NCBI GenBank assembly: GCA_964016885.1 | Contig: OZ024740.1 | Span: 103,850,001-103,914,000, forward strand | DNA from: Eledone cirrhosa | Lineage: Eukaryota | Direction: 5' to 3' | Length of the DNA stretch: 64,000 nucleotides | In this document: positions 55,650-64,000 of the stretch, piece by piece | Layout of the letters: every line of letters begins with the position of its first letter | Numbering within the stretch: position 1 is the stretch's first letter | The notes under the pieces: model-generated | Database searches by the model: none | What the model was told of the DNA's origin: nothing | Seen by the model: the letters and a program-made list of their open reading frames with translations, nothing else | Program-made: the position numbers and the translations under genes

Positions 55650-56130
55650 ATGGTTGCTGTCAACTCATCTTCGAGTACGGCCACTACTTTATATCCATGT
55701 AGGAGAACCCCTACTGATGCGCTGAACGAGTGTGGCATTTTAGTCTAGCCTGCGACTTGAAAACTCTGGTACAAACACTACACTTGTGACAATTATTGAC
55801 ACATAGTGCTGGGCCCATGGCACCATGTGACCCGAGGTGTCGTGTGAGATCACTACTCGACCTGCATACCCTTCCACAAACATCACACGTCGTGGTCTGA
55901 TGAACACTTATAGCTCCACAGGTGCCTGCTTCCCTGTTCTTGTGAACTCTCAGGTGATTCTTTAGACATGCCATGCTCAGACAAACCCTATTACAGGTCT
56001 CACATGTCAGGTCAGGCCGTCTGTCAGTGCCTTCGGGAAGGCCAACAGGGATTCCTTTCCGGACACCTCTTTTTAGTGTCGCGTGCCTTCTTGTTTCCTC
56101 AGACTCTTGCCACTAGCCACTGCTTTCCTC
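55650..56130 (-). mobile_element. LINE (RTE-like) 3' end encoding three C2H2 zinc fingers
   Basis: WRKAVASG...CETCNRVC....LKNHLRVH, CDVCGRVC...[16 protein letters not shown]...LKCHTRSAH; partial copies at 56538-56720, 60352-60558 and 60950-61125. Confidence 0.65.
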
Positions 56131-57140
56131 CAATATATACACATACATACATACATATATATATATACACATACATACATACATACACACATACATACAT
56201 ATACACACACATACATATATATACACACATACATATATATATAATGTAGGAGGTGAGTTTTATTGTAGTACAATAAAGCAATGCAGATATCGGATGAGAA
56301 GCACTCTACAGTTTGTAGGACTGGAGTATACATAATATACAGTTTGTTGATTTAAAACTGCACTATCCACAAGTGTTTTTTAACCTTCATATCATGTCTT
56401 CCTGTTTTATCTCATGAAAACACAAATATTGCATGATGATATTTGTTTTTGAAATGCGCATAATAAAATACATGGAACTCTTTTAACCATCTTTTGTTCT
56501 TATATATTACATATATATATATATATACACATATATATGGTGTCTGCCAACTCGCTTTCGAGTACGGCCACTACTTTATATCCATGTAGGAGAACTCCTA
56601 CCGATGTGCTGAACAAGTGTGACTTTTTAGTCCAGCCAGCGACTTGAAAACTCTGGTACAAACACTACACTTGTGACAATTATTGACACATAGTGCTGGG
56701 CCCATGGTACCATGTGATGACAAGTGCAGAGAGATCTCCAGATATAAAGCAATGCCTGTGAAGCTTTTATAGTGAGCAAAGGCACTGCCCAAAGCCAGTC
56801 CCACTCTCTTAACCAAGATGATATTTACCAAAAAGAAGAACAAGTCAACATCATTGGATACCATCAGGGTTGCAGGTGTTATATTAGAGTTTTCCTTCTC
56901 CTAGAATTCTGCCTTGACAAAGGCTAAGGGGTCATCTCTCCTGGTGATTTTGGATGACCATTGACTCTTAAGAGTTCCTTTGCCCTTTGACAGGTTTTGT
57001 TTTTAGTCCTTCAGGATGTCCAAAGTCACCCTCCTCACCAAGAAACCTTGGTGGGGTTGCCAGTTTAGTCGCCAACGACCCGACCATGAGACAGGTTGTA
57101 CGGGGATACATGTTACTAGTAGCACCAACTGGTGACCTGA

Positions 57141-57175
57141 CATATACACACATACATACATACATATATATATAC

Positions 57176-57206
<31 letters not shown>

Positions 57207-57769
57207 CACATACATACATATATATATATATACACATACATACATATATATATATATATACACATACATATATATATATACACATACATACATATATATA
57301 TATATACACATACATACATATATATATATATATATACACATACATACATATATATATATATACACACATACATACATATATATATATATACACACATACA
57401 TACATATATATATATATATACACATACATACATATATATATACACATACATACATATATATATATATACACACATACATACATATATATATATATATACA
57501 CATACATACATATATATATATATATACACATACATACATATATATATATATATACACATACATACATATATATATATATATACACATACATACATATATA
57601 TATATACACATACATACATATATATATATACACATACATACATATATATATACACATACATACATATATATATATATATACACATACATACATATATATA
57701 TATATATATACACATACATACATATATATATATATATATACACATACATACATATATATATATATATAC

Positions 57770-57802
<33 letters not shown>

Positions 57803-57859
57803 CACATACATACATATATATATATATATATACACATACATACATATATATATATATAC

Positions 57860-57890
<31 letters not shown>

Positions 57891-58278
57891 CACATACATA
57901 CATATATATATATATATACACATACATATATATATATATATACACATACATACATATATATATATATATACACACATACATACATATATATATACACATA
58001 CATACATATATATATACACATACATACATATATATATATACACATACATACATATATATATATATACACATACATACATATATATATATATACACATACA
58101 TACATATATATATATACACATACATACATATATATATATACACATACATACATATATATACACATACATACATATATATATATATACACATACATACATA
58201 TATATACACATACATACATATATATATATATACACATACATACATATATATATATACACATACATACATATATATATA
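57141..58278. repeat. Minisatellite-like array of CACATACATACA(TA)n units (about 20-26 bp)
   Basis: Directly visible tandem units. Confidence 0.95.
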
Positions 58279-59352
58279 GAACATAGATTTTACATGTGGC
58301 CGGTGTTCTGGTGCAATAAGTAGCAGCAAGTGCCCAAAAAATACTAGCTCATTCAACTGCGCAGAGGGTTCTATAGAAATAGTGGACAGCTTCCGTTACC
58401 TGGGTGACAAAATCAGCAGTGGGGGAGGGTGCTCTGAAAGTACAGTAGCTAGAGTCAGAACTGGGTGGAAAAAGTTCAGAGAGCTTATACCACTATTAGC
58501 CGCTAAAGGGTTCTCCCTAAAAATGAAAGGCAGGTTGTACGATGCCTGCATACGAATAGCAATGTTGCATGGCAGTGAGACCTGGGCATTGTGTGCAGAG
58601 GATATACGCAGACTAGAGAGAAACGAAGCTTGCATGCTCCGCTGGATGTGTAATAGTAATATACGTGAACGACAAAGCATAAACGAACTAAGGAAAAAAT
58701 TAGAAATAAGAGGGATCAGATGTTGTTTACTAGAGAGAAGGCTACGTTGGTATGGTCACGTGATGCGCATGAAGGACGATAGCTGTATAACAAAGTGCAG
58801 GGTAATAAAGATAGACGGTAGCCACGGAATAGGCAGACCCAGAAAAACCTGGGACGAGCTGATAAACTCCGACCTCACACACTTACACCTCACCAAGACA
58901 ATGTCACTGGACCGAGACCTTTGGCGGTACTCAGTAATAGAGAAGACCCGCCTTACCTAAATACAAAGTAAAACCTACTACAGTCAGTAGGCATCTCTAA
59001 CAAAATAAACACCCGTCCCACCACCCCCACCCCATCCACACCACCCCCTTCTATGTAAAGTTATTTTGGTGCCACACCATCCAGTCCGAAACAAATGAGA
59101 TCGTGTAGGTGTCACGACAAAAAAACACACAGTCCACGCTGTAATGTGGCCGTGTAGGCAACACGGTAAAAACCTCCCAGACCCACACAGTAAATGTGGT
59201 TGGTGTTAGGAAGGGCATCCAACTGTAGAAAACCTGCCAGACAGTCCTATGCAAGCAAGACAATCACTCTTGCCTCAAGTGGGAAAACCCCCGTCCAAAC
59301 CCATGCAAGCGTGGAACACGGACGTTAAACGATGATGATGATGATGATGATG
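58279..59352 (+). mobile_element. 5'-truncated RTE-clade LINE with 3' tail
   Basis: ORF 58382-58960; (ATG)n tail; an inverted tail copy follows at 59608-59980. Confidence 0.92.
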
Positions 59353-59438
59353 ATACACATACATACATATATATATATATATATACACATACATACATAT
59401 ATATATATATACACATACATACATATATATATATATAC

Positions 59439-59469
<31 letters not shown>

Positions 59470-60010
59470 CATACATATATATATATATATATACACATCC
59501 ATATATATATATACACACATACATATATATATATATACACATACATATATATATATACACACATACATATATATGTATATACACATACATATATATATAT
59601 ATATACACATCATCATCATCATCATCAGGTTTAGCGTCCGTGTTCCACGCTTGCATGGGTTTGGACGGGGGTTTTCCCACTTGAGGCAAGAGTGGTTGTC
59701 TTGCTCGCATAGGACTGTCTGGCGGGTTTTCTACAGTTGGATGCCCTTCCTAACACCAACCACATTTACAGTGTGGGGCTGGGAGGTTTTTACCGTGTTG
59801 CCTACACGGCCACATTACAGCGTGGACTGTCTGGCGGGTTTTCTACAGCTGGATGCCCTTCCTAACACCAACCACATTTACAGTGTGGGGCTGGGAGGTT
59901 TTTACCGTGTTGCCTACACGGCCACATTTACAGCGTGGACTGTGTGTTTTTTTTGTCGTGACACCTACACGATCTCATTTATATATATACATACATATAT
60001 ATATATATAT

Positions 60011-60042
<32 letters not shown>

Positions 60043-60202
60043 ACATACATATATATATATAGACATACATATATATATACACATACATATATATATATAT
60101 ACACATACATACATATATATATATATACACATACATACATATATATATATATACACATACATACATATATATATATATACACATACATATATATATATAT
60201 AC

Positions 60203-60233
<31 letters not shown>

Positions 60234-60711
60234 CACATACATATATATATATATATACACATATATATATATATATATACACACATACATACATATATAT
60301 ATATACACATACATACATACATATATATATACACATACATATATATATACACATGGTGGCTGTCAACTCGTTATCGAGTACGGCCACTACTTTATATCCA
60401 TGTAGGAGAACCCCTACTGATGCGCTGAACGAGTGAGGCATTTTAGTGCAGCCAGCGACTTGAAAACTCTGGTACAAACACTACACTTGTGACAATTATT
60501 GACACATAGTGCTGGGCCCACGGTACCATGTGACCCAAGGTGTCGTGTGAGATCACTACCCGACCAAAGTCACCTTCCTCACCAAGAAACCTTGGTGGGG
60601 TTGCCAGTTTAGTCGCCAACGACCCGACCATGAGACAGGTTGTACGGGGATACATGTTACTAGTAGCACCAACTGGTGACCTGACATATACACACATACA
60701 TATATACATAT

Positions 60712-60742
<31 letters not shown>

Positions 60743-60769
60743 CATATACATACATATATATATACAAAC

Positions 60770-60802
<33 letters not shown>

Positions 60803-60863
60803 CATACATATATATATACAAACATATATATATATATATATACATATACATACATATATATAT

Positions 60864-60900
<37 letters not shown>

Positions 60901-60911
60901 CATATATATAT

Positions 60912-60942
<31 letters not shown>

Positions 60943-61387
60943 CATATACATGGTGGCTGCCAACTCGTTTTCGAGTATGGCCACTACTTTATATCCATGT
61001 AGGAGAACCCCTACCGATGCGCTGAACGAGTGTGACTTTTTAGTCCAGCCAGCGACTTGAAAACTCTGGTACAAACACTACACTTATTATTGACACATAG
61101 TGCTGGGCCCATGGTATCATGTGACGACAAGTGCAGGGAGATCTCCAGATATAAAGCAATGCCTGTGCCGTGAAGCTTTTATAGTGAGCAAAGGCACTGC
61201 ACAAAGCCAGTCCCACTCTCTTAACCAAGATGATATTTACCAAAAAGAAGAACAAGTCAACATCATTGGATACCATCAGAGTTGCAGGTGTTATATCAGA
61301 GTTTTCCTTCTCCTAGAATTCTGCCTTGACAAAGGCTAAGGGGTCATCTCTCCCATCTCTTCCATACATATACATACATATATATAT

Positions 61388-61436
<49 letters not shown>

Positions 61437-61518
61437 CATACATATATATATACAAATATATATATATATATATATATACATATATATACATATACATACA
61501 TATATATATACAAATATA

Positions 61519-61611
<93 letters not shown>

Positions 61612-61615
<4 letters not shown>

Positions 61616-62785
61616 GTGGCCGGTGCTCTGGTGCAATAAGTAGCAGCAAGTGCCCACAAAATACTAGCTCCTTCAACTGCGCAGAGGGTTCTATAGGAAT
61701 AGTGGACAGCTTCCGTTACCTGGGTGACAAAATCAGCAGTGGGGGAGGCTGCTCTGAAAGTACAGTAGCTAGAGTCAGAACTGGATGGAAAAAGTTCAGA
61801 GAGCTTATACCACTATTAGCCGCTAGAGGGTTCTCCCTAAAAATGAAAGGCAGGTTATACGATGCCTGCATACGAACAGCAATGCTGCATGGCAGTGAGA
61901 CCTGGGCATTGTGTGCAGAGGATGTACGCAGACTAGAGAGGAACGAAGCTTGCATGCTCCGCTGGATGTGCAATAGTAATATAAGTGAACGGCAAAGCAT
62001 AAACGAACTAAGGAAAAAATTAGAAATAAGAGGATCAGATGTTGTTTACTCGAGAGAAGGCTACGTTGGTACGGTCACGTGATGCGCATGAAAGACGACA
62101 GCTGTATAATAAAGTGCAGGGCAATAAAGATAGACGGTAGCCACGGAGTAGGCAGACCCAGAAAAACATGGGACGAGCTGATAAATTCCGACCTCACACG
62201 CTTACACCTCTCCAAGACAATGTCACTGGACCGAGACCTTTGGCAGTACTCAGTAATAGAGAAGACCCGCCTTACCTAAATACAAAGTAAAAACCTACTA
62301 CAGTCAGTAGGCATCTCTATCAAAACACCCCCCCGTCCCACCACCGCCACCCCATCCACACCGCCCCTTTCAATGTAAAGTTATGTTGGTCCCACAACAT
62401 CCAGGCCGAAACAAATGAGATCGTGTAGGTGTCATGATAAAAAAACACACAGTCCACGCTGTAAATGTGGCCGTGTAGGCAACACGGTAAAAACCTCCCA
62501 GCCCCACACTGTAAATGTGGTTGGTGTTAGGAAGGGCATCCAGCTGTAGAAAACCCGCCAGACAGTCCACGCTGTAATGTGGCCGTGTAGGCAACACGGT
62601 AAAAACCTCCCAGCCCCACACTGTAAATGTGGTTGGTGTTAGGAAGGGCATCCAACTGTAGAAAACCCGCCAGACAGTCCTATGCGAGCAAGACAACCAC
62701 TCTTGCCTCAAGTGGGAAAACCCCCGTCCAAACCCATGCAAGCGTGGAACACGGACGCTAAACCTGATGATGATGATGATGATGA
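61612..62785 (+). mobile_element. 5'-truncated RTE-clade LINE with 3' tail
   Basis: ORFs 61702-62082 and 62079-62279 (1 bp frameshift); tail as in 14770-15245. Confidence 0.92.
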
Positions 62786-62798
62786 TACATATATATAT

Positions 62799-62839
<41 letters not shown>

Positions 62840-62930
62840 TATATATATACATATACATATATATATATATACATATATATACACATATATATATATACAT
62901 ATACACATATATATATATACATATACATAC

Positions 62931-62961
<31 letters not shown>

Positions 62962-63086
62962 CATATATATACACATATATATATATACATATATATATAC
63001 ACATATATATATACACATATATATATATACATATATATATATACATATATATATATACACATATATATATATACATATATATATAC

Positions 63087-63119
<33 letters not shown>

Positions 63120-63120
63120 C

Positions 63121-63151
<31 letters not shown>

Positions 63152-63166
63152 CATATATATATACAC

Positions 63167-63201
<35 letters not shown>

Positions 63202-63228
63202 CATATATATATACACATATATATACAC

Positions 63229-63259
<31 letters not shown>

Positions 63260-63288
63260 TATATATATATACATATATATATACACAC

Positions 63289-63337
<49 letters not shown>

Positions 63338-63378
63338 TATATATATATATACACACATATATATATATACATATATAT

Positions 63379-63428
<50 letters not shown>

Positions 63429-63462
63429 CTATATATATATATACACATATATATATATATAT

Positions 63463-63512
<50 letters not shown>

Positions 63513-63571
63513 CTATATATATATATACACATATATATATATATATACACATATATATATATATATACACA

Positions 63572-63621
<50 letters not shown>

Positions 63622-63623
63622 CA
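62786..63623. repeat. (TA)n/(CA) compound microsatellite
   Basis: Directly visible. Confidence 0.97.
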
Positions 63624-63693
63624 TTATGAAGAGAGAAGAAACATTTAGATATAATTAGTAATAAAATGTATCATACCTAAACTGTTCGTAAAT

Positions 63694-63781
63694 TCCTCGA
63701 CTACGTAGTTTCGTGGCATAAACAAAAACAATATATCAAAGATATAGAGTCCCTGCGAGGTCTGCCGACTTATCAAGAGGA
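63694..63781 (-). ncRNA. Type I hammerhead ribozyme with U3:A8 core variant and long stem II
   Basis: TCCTC-TTGATAA-GTCGGCA/TGCCAC-GAAA-palindromic ACTACGTAGT-C-GAGGA; GUC triplet. Confidence 0.78.
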
Positions 63782-64000
63782 TACCTCATTTTACTAGTCT
63801 CAAGAACGCGTCTACACGACGTGAGAAAGAATCCCAAAAGGCGGAGGGGGAGATAGTCACGCGATATAACGGTCGAGAAACAGAGCTAAGCCTCTTATAA
63901 CCACAAAAAAAATACCACGGAGGCGGAGGGGGTATTCATATCGAGGCCGTAGAAGAGGTAGTGAAGAAGGCGAGAAGTATGAGTAATGGAAGCTTTCCAG

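Overview
AT-rich, microsatellite-laden animal genomic DNA. The repeat repertoire looks like octopus or another coleoid cephalopod (inference). The window lies inside a CaMKII gene on the minus strand. Two clear coding exons are present: 12172-12294 ([14 protein letters not shown]...HPWIC) and 8268-8351 ([28 protein letters not shown], with the T286-equivalent site). The flanking kinase exons were not found, implying a very large upstream intron. The introns are packed with tRNA-derived SINEs, RTE and CR1 LINE fragments, two hAT relics, MITEs, probable Helitrons and Penelope-like elements (PLEs), including a near-complete RT plus GIY-YIG copy at 19656-24505. The most striking signal is over a dozen type I hammerhead-ribozyme folds from about eight sequence-distinct families. 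Nearly all sit in small (TA)n-embedded elements with direct or inverted terminal repeats. Some show stem covariation, non-canonical cores (U3:A8, U4A) or a shared downstream hairpin, and several lie on the CaMKII pre-mRNA strand. Most long ORFs in the ORF track are microsatellite artefacts. All folds and alignments were done by eye.
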